DNA from: Bdellovibrionia bacterium
GTDB lineage: Bacteria; Bdellovibrionota; Bdellovibrionia; Bdellovibrionales; JAGQZY01
Direction of reading: 5' to 3'
Length of the DNA: 56,664 nt
Assembly (NCBI GenBank): GCA_030424665.1
Contig: JAUHWN010000006.1
Span: 1-56,664 of the forward strand
Part shown: positions 48,304-56,664 of the stretch, in pieces
Numbering within the stretch: the stretch's first letter is position 1
Layout: each line of letters starts with the position of its first letter
The notes under the pieces: model-generated
What the model saw: only the letters and a program-made list of their open reading frames with translations
The model's database searches: none
Told to the model about the DNA's origin: nothing
Made by a program: the position numbers and the translations under genes

Positions 48304-48984
48304 TTAATGCTGGGGCTCTGTGTGGTAAAAACGGTAGCCGACACCTCGAACGGTTTCGATATTGCCTCCAAACTCACTGAGTTTCTTACGCAAGGAAGCC
48401 ATGTGCACATCAATCGTACGATCGGTTACGTTCAAGTTTCCAAGAGCTCGCTCCCGCAGCTTTTCACGAGAGAGGACCTGACCCGAACGCTTCATAAGTT
48501 CAGATAAGATTTTGAATTCAGTTAGCGTCAAGGGAACTTCTTTTCCCCCGAGAATAACCCTGTGGGCAGAAAAATCGATTTCTAGTCCACCGGCGACTAA
48601 CTTCTTTTGATACTCTTCTTCAGATATACGACGGTGTACAGCGCGAATTCTCGCCGCCAACTCACGGGGGTAGGCAGGCTTAGTCACATAATCATCCGCA
48701 CCTAATTCGAGGGCTGCGACTTTATCCTCTTCACCGGTCAAACCCGTGACCATTATAATAGGAAGGCGACTTACCTTAGGACTCGAGCGCACTTCTTGAA
48801 CTATCTCTGCTCCCGATTTTCCAGGTAAGACCTGATCGAGCAAAAGGACGTCTGGATTATGCACAGTTAACTGAGCTTGAAGATTCGAACCATTCTCGAG
48901 AACTACCACTTCGAACTCTTCGCCTAAACTTGAGCGAAGGTGGTCTCTCATTTCTTCTTCATCTTCGATAATCATTACCTTCAT
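48304..48984 (-). CDS. Orphan OmpR/PhoB-family response regulator
   Basis: IEDE, LDQVLPG, GADDYVTKP, LTLTEFKIL, RTIDVHMASLRKKL and VRGVGYRF; start at MKVMII after GGAG. Confidence 0.95.
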   Translation of the reverse strand: MKVMIIEDEEEMRDHLRSSLGEEFEVVVLENGSNLQAQLTVHNPDVLLLDQVLPGKSGAEIVQEVRSSPKVSRLPIIMVTGLTGEEDKVAALELGADDYVTKPAYPRELAARIRAVHRRISEEEYQKKLVAGGLEIDFSAHRVILGGKEVPLTLTEFKILSELMKRSGQVLSREKLRERALGNLNVTDRTIDVHMASLRKKLSEFGGNIETVRGVGYRFYHTEPQH

Positions 48985-49264
48985 CAACTCACTCCACGTA
49001 CTAGTATGATTCTCTCTTTTGTTTGTGCTCTTATACATAACATCCTTAACCTTGCTAAATCACTCGAATAATTTACTAAATCTTATTTATTTAGTACCTA
49101 TCCACCAAAGCTTGGCAAGGCTATCGTCACTTTTTCACACAAAAGTCTAAGATAGCAAAAGTTAAGAACATGTAAAGGTATCGACTCTTTTTACACTTAT
49201 TTTAAACAAAAAAGACTTTATACAATGCTTCACTCCAAGAATCCGGGGTTCAAGCACATTAGGT

Positions 49265-50215
49265 TTAGTGAAGATTCTCATTTTGCAAATCACGCATTAT
49301 CATTTCGAGATCTTGGACTTCGATATGATAGGCTTTGCCACACATCTGGCATTGTGACTCGATGCTTTCATTTTCTTCTATAGAGCGCTTAATTTCTTCC
49401 AACCCAAGGAGTTTCATAGACCGCAAAAGCCTTTTCTTCGTGCAAGGACAACTGTAATGAATTGGGTGATCGTGATCGATGGCAATGATCTCCATTCCCT
49501 TGGTAAAGGCCTGGGCCACATCCAATTCACTAGCCCCCTGACTAAAGGCTTCCGAAACAATCGGTGCGTCCTGCAAATTCTCTTCGAGCTGATCGATAAC
49601 CTTTGGGTCAGAACCAGGCATAAGTTGAATAATAATTCCCCCAGCGCCATCAACCATTCCATATTCGGTGAGATGAACTCCAAGAGAAAGTAATGTTGGG
49701 ATTTGATGGGACTGCTGAAAGTAATAGGCCAGGTCTTCGGCGATTTCACCACTTCTTACTTCGACGGTTCCGCGGTAGGGCAAGGCTGACTGTGGCTTAA
49801 AACTACTGACCGTCAAAAGTCCTCCGTCGACGTAAGGAGAAAGGATCAGACCTTGCTGTGGCTGCCAATCGAGCTGGGGGTCACTGGCGTAGCCCCTGAC
49901 TTTTCCATCGAAAGTGGCATGGGCATAGATCCGCCCGAGTGGTCCATTCATATTAAAATCCAAGGCCACCTCTTGGTTCTCTTTGAGTTGGCTCGCCATA
50001 AGAAGCGCGCCCGTAATCGTTCTACCGAGGGCAACTGTGGCTATGGGGTTGGTGTGCTGGATTTGTCGAACGGACTCGACGACTGAGCCCGAGTTGACCA
50101 CTGAAATTCGGCAACTGAGGTCTTTGCTCATGTACCGATGAACTCGGTGCTCTGAGGGCTCCCCAGAGGGCTTACCTGAACTACTACTCTTCGGTGAATC
50201 ACTTTTATCAGACAT
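49265..50215 (-). CDS. hslO: Redox-regulated chaperone Hsp33
   Basis: ALGRTITG, GEIAEDLAYYFQQSHQIP, GGIIIQLMP and zinc motif CPC...CQMC. Confidence 0.94.
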   Translation of the reverse strand: MSDKSDSPKSSSSGKPSGEPSEHRVHRYMSKDLSCRISVVNSGSVVESVRQIQHTNPIATVALGRTITGALLMASQLKENQEVALDFNMNGPLGRIYAHATFDGKVRGYASDPQLDWQPQQGLILSPYVDGGLLTVSSFKPQSALPYRGTVEVRSGEIAEDLAYYFQQSHQIPTLLSLGVHLTEYGMVDGAGGIIIQLMPGSDPKVIDQLEENLQDAPIVSEAFSQGASELDVAQAFTKGMEIIAIDHDHPIHYSCPCTKKRLLRSMKLLGLEEIKRSIEENESIESQCQMCGKAYHIEVQDLEMIMRDLQNENLH

Positions 50216-50434
50216 GTTTCTCTGAATCCCTTCCTAGCCCGTATCGAGCGTCTGAAGCCCTTTTCAGTCTAGTATTACAGTATAACACCCATTTTAGGCT
50301 GGCCTGACATTATTGCATTTGCAGCGGATTTTTTAGCCTCCCGGGGACTCAATGTGAGAAAGTTCACACCTCGACATTCCCCTTGACGAAAATCCGCTAA
50401 AGACGCACATTTGCCAGGATTCGGAGGTAATACG

Positions 50435-53416
50435 ATGCAGGATTTTCAAAAGCAAGTTGAGAAAAAAGGCGAGCAGATTTTTTCTAATTTGGACCACTCA
50501 GGAAGTTCTATTTTTAACCGAGACTGGTGGTACGGACGAATCATGGATTGGTCCATGAAAAATGCCGAATTTAAAACCCAAATGTTTCGCTTCGTCGATG
50601 TTCTGCCCTACCTCCAGTCCGGCGGCGAAGTCGCAAGACACCTCAAAGAATACTTCTCACAAGGGGGCGATAAGCTTCCTTCTGTTTTCAATATCGGTCT
50701 CGGGTTTGGCTCACTCGCGCCGGGGTTGATGGCTGGGGCCATTCGTAAAAACGTTACGCAAATGGCTCGTATGTTTATAACTGGTGAAAATCCAAAAGAT
50801 GCCATGAATGTTTTGAAAAAGTCTCGCAAAAACGCTATCGGTTTCACAGTCGACCTCTTGGGCGAAGCTTGTTTAAGTGAAGACGAGGCCAGAGAATACC
50901 AAAGTCGATACATCGAAATGATCGACTGGCTGACAAAAGATTCTTCGTCTTGGCCCGCCGTTGATGTTTTAGATACGGATTTCTTTGGAGACATCCCCAG
51001 GGTTAACGTTTCAGTCAAAATCACTGCCCTCTATTCGCAAATTAAAGTCGACGCTTGGGAAGAGTCAAAAGCAGCGGTCAAGGACCGGTTGCGACCCATT
51101 TTTGATCTCGCCATGGAAAAAGGCGCCTTCATTAATCTCGACATGGAAAAATACGAGATAAAGGATCTCACCAAAGAGATATTCATGGAACTTCTCATGG
51201 AAGACAAATACAAGTCCTATCGCCACTGGGGCCTTGTTGTACAAGCCTACCTTCGAGATTCATTTGAAGATGTTAAAGAACTCGTTGAATTTTCTAAAAA
51301 GCGAGGCGTACCATTTTCGATTCGACTGGTTAAAGGAGCTTACTGGGATTACGAAACCATTTCGGCTGAACAACATCGCTGGCCCATTCCGGTTTACACA
51401 ATTAAGGCCGAATCCGACGCCAACTACGAGAACTGCGCAAAGCACCTTCTTGATAACTACAAAACTATTTCTCTGGCCATTGGCTCGCACAACGTGAGAT
51501 CCATTGCCTCTTGTTTGGTTTACGCAGAGAAACAAGGGGTTCCTAAGAACGCCTACGAAGTTCAGATGCTTTACGGTATGGCTGACCCAATTAAAAAATC
51601 GTTCGTGGCACAGGGCTACCGCGTTCGGGAATATGCTCCGGTTGGAGAACTTATTCCCGGTATGGCATACCTGGTAAGACGACTTCTTGAAAACACTTCT
51701 AACGAGTCTTTCTTGAAATCTAAATTTGCCGATGAGGTCGATGATACTCAACTTATGAAAGACCCCAGTGAGGATCTAAAATCGAGTGAGTCTTTTCCCG
51801 AAACAAAAGAGGGACTTTTTTACAACCAGGCACTCCTCGACTTTGCACTATCAGAAAATCGCGAAAAGATGCAACAGAATCTTAAAGACTTTAGAAACAA
51901 CGAATTGGGTAAAGACGTTTTGCCCATCGTAAACGGCGAAGAAGTGACTTGTTCTGATTTCATAGACAACTTGAATCCCTCAAATACTTCTGAAAACCTC
52001 GGTCGAGTGGGTTTAGCAGATAAAAAAATGGCTGAAGAAGCAATCAAGGTTGCCCAAGATTTCTTTCCCACCTGGTCAAATACAGATTTTGAAACTCGTG
52101 CGACTTACCTAGAAAAAATGGCCGACATTTATGTTCGCGATCGCTTTAAAATTATGGCTTGCCAAATTCTTGAGGCCGGAAAAACTTGGAAAGAAGCCGA
52201 TGGCGACGTTACCGAGGCTGTTGACTTTCTCAGATACTACGCCATGGATATGCGAAAGCTAGGAAAAGGCTTCCGCGTTGGACACGCCCCTGGTGAATTT
52301 AGTCACTTTCAATACAAAGCTCGCGGTGTGAATGTTGTAATCGCTCCTTGGAATTTTCCTCTGGCAATTTTAACTGGCATGGCGGCGGGAGCTCTCGTGA
52401 CAGGTAATACGGTTATTGTAAAACCGGCAGAGCAAACATCCCTCACCGGTCGCTTTCTAATGGATGCCGCAAAAGAAGCTGGAGTTCCCAGTGGTGCTTT
52501 ACACTTCTTACCCGGAAAAGGAGAAGTCGTGGGTGCATACCTTGCTGAGCACAAGGATACCGCCCAAATTACATTCACTGGCTCTAAGGAGGTTGGACTT
52601 TCTTTGATAAGAACAGCAGCTCAACTCCAAGAAGGGCAAAGGCATATCAAAAAATGTGTGGCCGAAATGGGAGGCAAGAACGCTCTCATCATCGACTCTG
52701 ATGCCGACTTAGATGAAGCCGTTGCCGGCGCAATCTATTCTGCCTTTGGCTTTCAAGGGCAAAAGTGTTCTGCTGCAAGTCGAATTGTTGTTCTCGATGA
52801 AATCTACGATCGATTTGTCGATCGCTTGGAGTCAGCCGTTCTTTCTCTTAAGGTCGGTCCCAGTGAAAAACCAGAGAATTTTATGGGACCGGTAATCGAT
52901 GATGAAGCCCATGCGAAGGTGAACTCTTATCTTGAGATTGGCGAGAAAGAAGGCCGAAGACTTCGCTCTATCGAAGTTCCTTCGTCTGGTCACTTTGTTG
53001 CGCCAACTGTCTTTGTTGACATCAAGCCGGAGCACCGACTCGCGAACGAAGAGATCTTCGGGCCTATTACAGCTGTCATTCGCGCTAAAGATTTGGATCA
53101 CGCCATCGAAATCACCAATTCAGTTGAGTATGGATTGACCGCGGGAATCTTTTCTCGAAGCCCAGCTAATATTGAAATCGCCAAAGAAAAACTCGACGCC
53201 GGTAATGTATATATTAACCGTGGTATCACTGGCGCAATGGTTGAACGCCATCCATTTGGAGGATTTAAGCTCTCAGGTACTGGTGCGAAAACTGGGGGGC
53301 CTGAGTACCTTAAACAGTTCATGGATGAAAAGGTCGTCATCGAAAATACGGTTCGCCGTGGTTTTGCCCCAATGGAAGATGAAGACAATCCAGCGAATAG
53401 ACACGCTAAGAAGTAA
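50435..53416 (+). CDS. putA: Bifunctional proline dehydrogenase / P5C dehydrogenase (short type without DNA-binding domain)
   Basis: MFRFVDVLP, RLVKGAYWDYE, YLVRRLLEN, PWNFP, EMGGKN, GQKCSA and EEIFGP; ATG after GGAGG. Confidence 0.97.
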   Translation: MQDFQKQVEKKGEQIFSNLDHSGSSIFNRDWWYGRIMDWSMKNAEFKTQMFRFVDVLPYLQSGGEVARHLKEYFSQGGDKLPSVFNIGLGFGSLAPGLMAGAIRKNVTQMARMFITGENPKDAMNVLKKSRKNAIGFTVDLLGEACLSEDEAREYQSRYIEMIDWLTKDSSSWPAVDVLDTDFFGDIPRVNVSVKITALYSQIKVDAWEESKAAVKDRLRPIFDLAMEKGAFINLDMEKYEIKDLTKEIFMELLMEDKYKSYRHWGLVVQAYLRDSFEDVKELVEFSKKRGVPFSIRLVKGAYWDYETISAEQHRWPIPVYTIKAESDANYENCAKHLLDNYKTISLAIGSHNVRSIASCLVYAEKQGVPKNAYEVQMLYGMADPIKKSFVAQGYRVREYAPVGELIPGMAYLVRRLLENTSNESFLKSKFADEVDDTQLMKDPSEDLKSSESFPETKEGLFYNQALLDFALSENREKMQQNLKDFRNNELGKDVLPIVNGEEVTCSDFIDNLNPSNTSENLGRVGLADKKMAEEAIKVAQDFFPTWSNTDFETRATYLEKMADIYVRDRFKIMACQILEAGKTWKEADGDVTEAVDFLRYYAMDMRKLGKGFRVGHAPGEFSHFQYKARGVNVVIAPWNFPLAILTGMAAGALVTGNTVIVKPAEQTSLTGRFLMDAAKEAGVPSGALHFLPGKGEVVGAYLAEHKDTAQITFTGSKEVGLSLIRTAAQLQEGQRHIKKCVAEMGGKNALIIDSDADLDEAVAGAIYSAFGFQGQKCSAASRIVVLDEIYDRFVDRLESAVLSLKVGPSEKPENFMGPVIDDEAHAKVNSYLEIGEKEGRRLRSIEVPSSGHFVAPTVFVDIKPEHRLANEEIFGPITAVIRAKDLDHAIEITNSVEYGLTAGIFSRSPANIEIAKEKLDAGNVYINRGITGAMVERHPFGGFKLSGTGAKTGGPEYLKQFMDEKVVIENTVRRGFAPMEDEDNPANRHAKK

Positions 53417-53496
53417 TTTAGGCCAAACCGAGAGCATTCCGTATTGAAAAGAGATATTATCTTGGGAGGACCTGTGGCTATCTCGAATCATAGTAT

Positions 53497-54189
53497 ATGA
53501 TAGAGGGAATGCTTAAGTTTCCAATAACGATGATCGTTTTCTTAACTAGTTTTAAAGTCAGTGCTCAATATACTGACGTAGATTTTTCTAAAAACTCAGT
53601 TCGATTCAATATTGGCTCAAAAGCAAACCACATAGATCCTAAGCTAAAGAATTATAAAGAGCATTCTTCTTCTCGGTCATCGATTAGAATCAATGAGCGA
53701 GTCAATATTGAGAAATCATCAAAGAGAACTATTATAAAATCAACTCACGGCAATAGAACTCGAGTAACGGAAAACCTTCAAGAAAATTTCAACGTAGCAA
53801 TCAAAGGTAAATATTTCCCACCTGGTCACCCTGAATGGATAGACCCTAAAGTATACATGGAAACACCTGCAGAAGTAATGTGGTTAAAAACCTACCCCAG
53901 TCGCATGGGAATATACCGGCGTAATTTCTCCATAGGGGGAAAGAAGCTCTCCGAACTCGACCGTCGAGTTATGAAATTAAGAGCGGAAAAATATTATAGA
54001 GCCAAATTCCCAGGAAAAAGTTTACCTTCCAACTATCTTTTAATTGTTGGCCCCCACCCTAAAACTTCTGGTATTGTAAATAGAAAAACAATCGATAAAA
54101 CTTCAGAAATGAAGGACCTTGTTCGATCACTTCGAGAAAAGAAACTCCTTCAAAACAATTCAGACTCGAAAGCAATGGGACCTCGATAA
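53497..54189 (+). CDS. Basic secreted hypothetical protein
   Basis: Signal-like N-terminus; no recognised domain. Confidence 0.6.
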   Translation: MIEGMLKFPITMIVFLTSFKVSAQYTDVDFSKNSVRFNIGSKANHIDPKLKNYKEHSSSRSSIRINERVNIEKSSKRTIIKSTHGNRTRVTENLQENFNVAIKGKYFPPGHPEWIDPKVYMETPAEVMWLKTYPSRMGIYRRNFSIGGKKLSELDRRVMKLRAEKYYRAKFPGKSLPSNYLLIVGPHPKTSGIVNRKTIDKTSEMKDLVRSLREKKLLQNNSDSKAMGPR

Positions 54190-54345
54190 TTTTACCGATT
54201 CCGTTATCTATTTAAACCAACTGCTGACTAATCTTGACCCTACTATTCGTCTCAAATTGAAATGTTCAGGGAGTTTACGGCATCTAGGACTTCTACACCA
54301 TACCCTCGATATTCCTCATTTAATTCGCTTCTAGAAGGCTAATTC

Positions 54346-54361
54346 CGGAACCCAATTTGCA
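54346..54361 (+). promoter_or_regulatory. sigma54-like promoter for the lipoprotein pair
   Basis: CGGAAC-CCAAT-TTGCA (GG-N10-GC). Confidence 0.5.
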
Positions 54362-54399
54362 ATTTATTCTGGTGGGGTAATTGTAGTGGGGGATTATAG

Positions 54400-54933
54400 A
54401 TGTATTACATCTTAAAAATCATTTTCTTAATTACTATCATTGCTACTTTATCCGCCTGTGGACAGATTGCGACTGAGTCAAATCGAGGACTGTATCAAAA
54501 TGACTCAACCTCGACAGACCCGAATTTAGACCCAGTTCCAGAACCGGGGCAGGATCCAGGGGCTGCCAGTGCTGAATTCGGTCGATGTGTTGTTGAAGAA
54601 ATGAGACTGGTTAACTTTCGATTCTCAAACTTTCAAACCTACTGCCTCGATTTTAAGGCCGAAATCAACATCAATGATGTAGATAGTTTTAGGCAAGAAG
54701 TTCGAGACCACTGTGAAATGGATTTAGATGGAGTTTTTGAAGTTTCAGAAAGTTGTGAAGATACAAGTCCTGTTTCTGATCTTATCGACTCCATGGACAC
54801 AGAGTTAATAATGGAAAACACCTGTATGGACGAGAGGACCCTGGCAGGAGTTACATTAATGGTTGATCACTACACGACAGACAACCGCTACGAACTAGAA
54901 AAAGATCCACTTTGTGAAAGGGTGAGGGATTAA
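54400..54933 (+). CDS. Acidic Cys-rich lipoprotein
   Basis: Lipobox LSAC, Pro-rich stalk, six further cysteines. Confidence 0.75.
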   Translation: MYYILKIIFLITIIATLSACGQIATESNRGLYQNDSTSTDPNLDPVPEPGQDPGAASAEFGRCVVEEMRLVNFRFSNFQTYCLDFKAEININDVDSFRQEVRDHCEMDLDGVFEVSESCEDTSPVSDLIDSMDTELIMENTCMDERTLAGVTLMVDHYTTDNRYELEKDPLCERVRD

Positions 54934-54934
54934 A

Positions 54935-55516
54935 ATGTTGCATGGGTTTGGGAAACTAATTATTGGAATTATTCTCGGCGGTTCTTTAGCTGCTTGTGGG
55001 GTCATTACTCAAGACGAAAGAGATATGACCCAAATAGAACCTCCTGCCTTTGAGGAACCCAACGGCCCACTTGCAACACCGACACCGACTCCGATCCCTG
55101 AACCTCAGGCACAGTTTATTGCTTCCTGCTGGGATTGCCCCCAGGGTAATTGCGAGCCTGATGCCGACAACATTGATATTTGTCGCAGCTACATAACATA
55201 CGAAACAGTGTCGGCGGCAGAAATATCAAAAATGGCTGACGTCATTCAAGAGGCTTGCAGTAACGATCCCGACCTCCGCGCGAACTCCAAATTCTCACTC
55301 ACCGTCAATTGCAAAGATTTTCCTCATGTCATCGATGTTTCTCTCGGAGATCCAGAAACAATTGATGAACTCACATGTCAAGAAAATGTCTTGATCGATA
55401 TCACGGGACCCGATCGAACTATCGCCGTCGAGGAACAGAACTATATCGCAGAATCTGAAGGTTCACTACTCTTCGAGAAAAACGGCGGAATTTGCACCAT
55501 TGTCGATGACGACTAA
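54935..55516 (+). CDS. Acidic Cys-rich lipoprotein, probable paralog of the preceding gene
   Basis: Lipobox LAAC, PTPTP stalk, eight further cysteines; starts 1 bp after the upstream stop. Confidence 0.75.
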   Translation: MLHGFGKLIIGIILGGSLAACGVITQDERDMTQIEPPAFEEPNGPLATPTPTPIPEPQAQFIASCWDCPQGNCEPDADNIDICRSYITYETVSAAEISKMADVIQEACSNDPDLRANSKFSLTVNCKDFPHVIDVSLGDPETIDELTCQENVLIDITGPDRTIAVEEQNYIAESEGSLLFEKNGGICTIVDDD

Positions 55517-55562
55517 TCGCTGCTAGGTCCTAGCCCTTTTTTGAGTGACACTCAAATATCGT

Positions 55563-56543
55563 CTAAAAGTTTCTAGATCGCGAATGTATGAGGAGCTCAT
55601 GCCCAAGTTCCTCAATAGGCTCCTTAAGGCGTGGTAGTCCCAGCAAAAGAGCTACTCCCATTATATAACCGGCAAGGGTACCACCGATATGGGCGGAGTG
55701 GGCAATTTGAGTTCCAAAGCCGGGTACCGATTTGAAGAGACCCGCAAGATCTAACAACAGCCAGAAGTACAATGCCCAGGCCCAAATCGGCAACCTCACA
55801 AAACCCATAAAATAGAAAAACTTAGCTTTCTTATTTAATAGTAAGGCGAAGGCAATTCCGATGAGAGCACTAATTGAACCACTGGATCCCACAAGTGGAA
55901 CAGCAGAAAGTCCCGCATACAACCAAAAACCGTAACCGGCAAAGATTCCACCGAGCAGATAAAGACATAAAAACAAAAGGCTTCCCAGTAAGGGCTCTAA
56001 AAGGCTTCCAAAAATAAGGAGAAAGAACATGTTAAAAGCGAGGTGCATTATGCCACTATGTGAAAACTGATAACTAATTAGGTGCTTTAGGTCCCTTTGA
56101 AAGTAATTAATCCCCATCATAAAAGTGGGATGTAAAAATCGTCCGCGATTGAGATCTAAGAGCTGTGATCTCCAATTTTGAATGGCGATTTGATCGCCAG
56201 GAATTCCCTTCTTAGAAACAGATTCTATAAATTTCCCATCTTGAAAAGAAAGTTGGGTTCCGAGAATTTGCAAGGCCGAACGATCCCCTAACAGGGCCTC
56301 TTGGGCCTTGAACAAAACCATGGGACTATACTCCTTCTCATTTTCTAAAACATATCGAGCGTAAACCCGCGCCTGGGTGACTACAAAGTGTTCATCTCTA
56401 GCAAAGGAAGAAAGGTCTACGTCGTCATTTGCCGACTCAAAGGAATTACAAAAAATAAATACAAAGACGTTAATAAACAACAGCGTCCAGGTAACAGGCA
56501 CTTTGTTAGGTTTATCTATACCTTTGAAAAATGGAATAATCAT
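55563..56543 (-). CDS. Rhomboid intramembrane serine protease with a large soluble insert
   Basis: HSGIMHLAFNM, GSSG (catalytic Ser) and AHIGG (catalytic His). Confidence 0.92.
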   Translation of the reverse strand: MIIPFFKGIDKPNKVPVTWTLLFINVFVFIFCNSFESANDDVDLSSFARDEHFVVTQARVYARYVLENEKEYSPMVLFKAQEALLGDRSALQILGTQLSFQDGKFIESVSKKGIPGDQIAIQNWRSQLLDLNRGRFLHPTFMMGINYFQRDLKHLISYQFSHSGIMHLAFNMFFLLIFGSLLEPLLGSLLFLCLYLLGGIFAGYGFWLYAGLSAVPLVGSSGSISALIGIAFALLLNKKAKFFYFMGFVRLPIWAWALYFWLLLDLAGLFKSVPGFGTQIAHSAHIGGTLAGYIMGVALLLGLPRLKEPIEELGHELLIHSRSRNF

Positions 56544-56664
56544 TGATCAAACCTCTTTCTTAGGTCTCGCTGAATCCGATTCCAGCGCTGATCAATTGGA
56601 TTTTCATTTTGCAAGGTAGACGCTGGACCTCTACCCATTCCTAGCGAGGTATTTCTCTGCACCT
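56540..56664 (-). CDS. 3' end of a gene entering from beyond the window
   Basis: Open frame ...VQRNTSLGMGRGPASTLQNENPIDQRWNRIQRDLRKRFDQ, whose TGA overlaps the rhomboid ATG. Confidence 0.6.
   Translation of the reverse strand, partial: VQRNTSLGMGRGPASTLQNENPIDQRWNRIQRDLRKRFDQ

Noticed and set aside
50608-53491. Many 60-160 aa ORFs overlapping putA (and likewise clpA, lnt, mutS2)
   Set aside because: Shadow frames of well-supported genes with no motifs of their own.

Overview
The window looks like chromosomal DNA from a predatory Bdellovibrionota bacterium. This is inferred from the pilA/pilG-clpSA-slt-subtilase-lnt-mutS2-putA gene set, an Agl/Glt gliding operon and many sigma54-type promoters; no database search was run. 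Core content: dnaJ, a 49-codon dnaK start fused in frame to unrelated sequence at the window edge (probably a misassembly), a type IV pilin, clpS-clpA, a 10-gene Agl-Glt gliding operon, an FMN-dependent glutamate synthase-like gene, dinB, an EamA transporter, a lytic transglycosylase, a subtilase, lnt, mutS2, a matrixin, hslO, putA and a rhomboid protease. An ~11 kb accessory block (about 25221-36200) opens with an IS1-like transposase gene. Its catalytic Glu position is Asn, and it is followed by a ~225 bp imperfect palindrome. The block then carries general-stress genes (Dps, DUF2383, DUF1328, DUF883, an OB-fold protein, a LEA-like lipoprotein) with a hybrid kinase, an Hpt protein and an OmpR regulator, and a ~20 bp motif recurs in its promoter regions. 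Other unexplained non-coding signals are a nine-unit 13-bp tandem array beside a tandem PBECR2-like gene, a candidate sigma54-driven sRNA and a recurrent GTNTCA-N3-TGANAC palindrome. No rRNA, tRNA or CRISPR array was seen. All calls come from motif recognition by eye.
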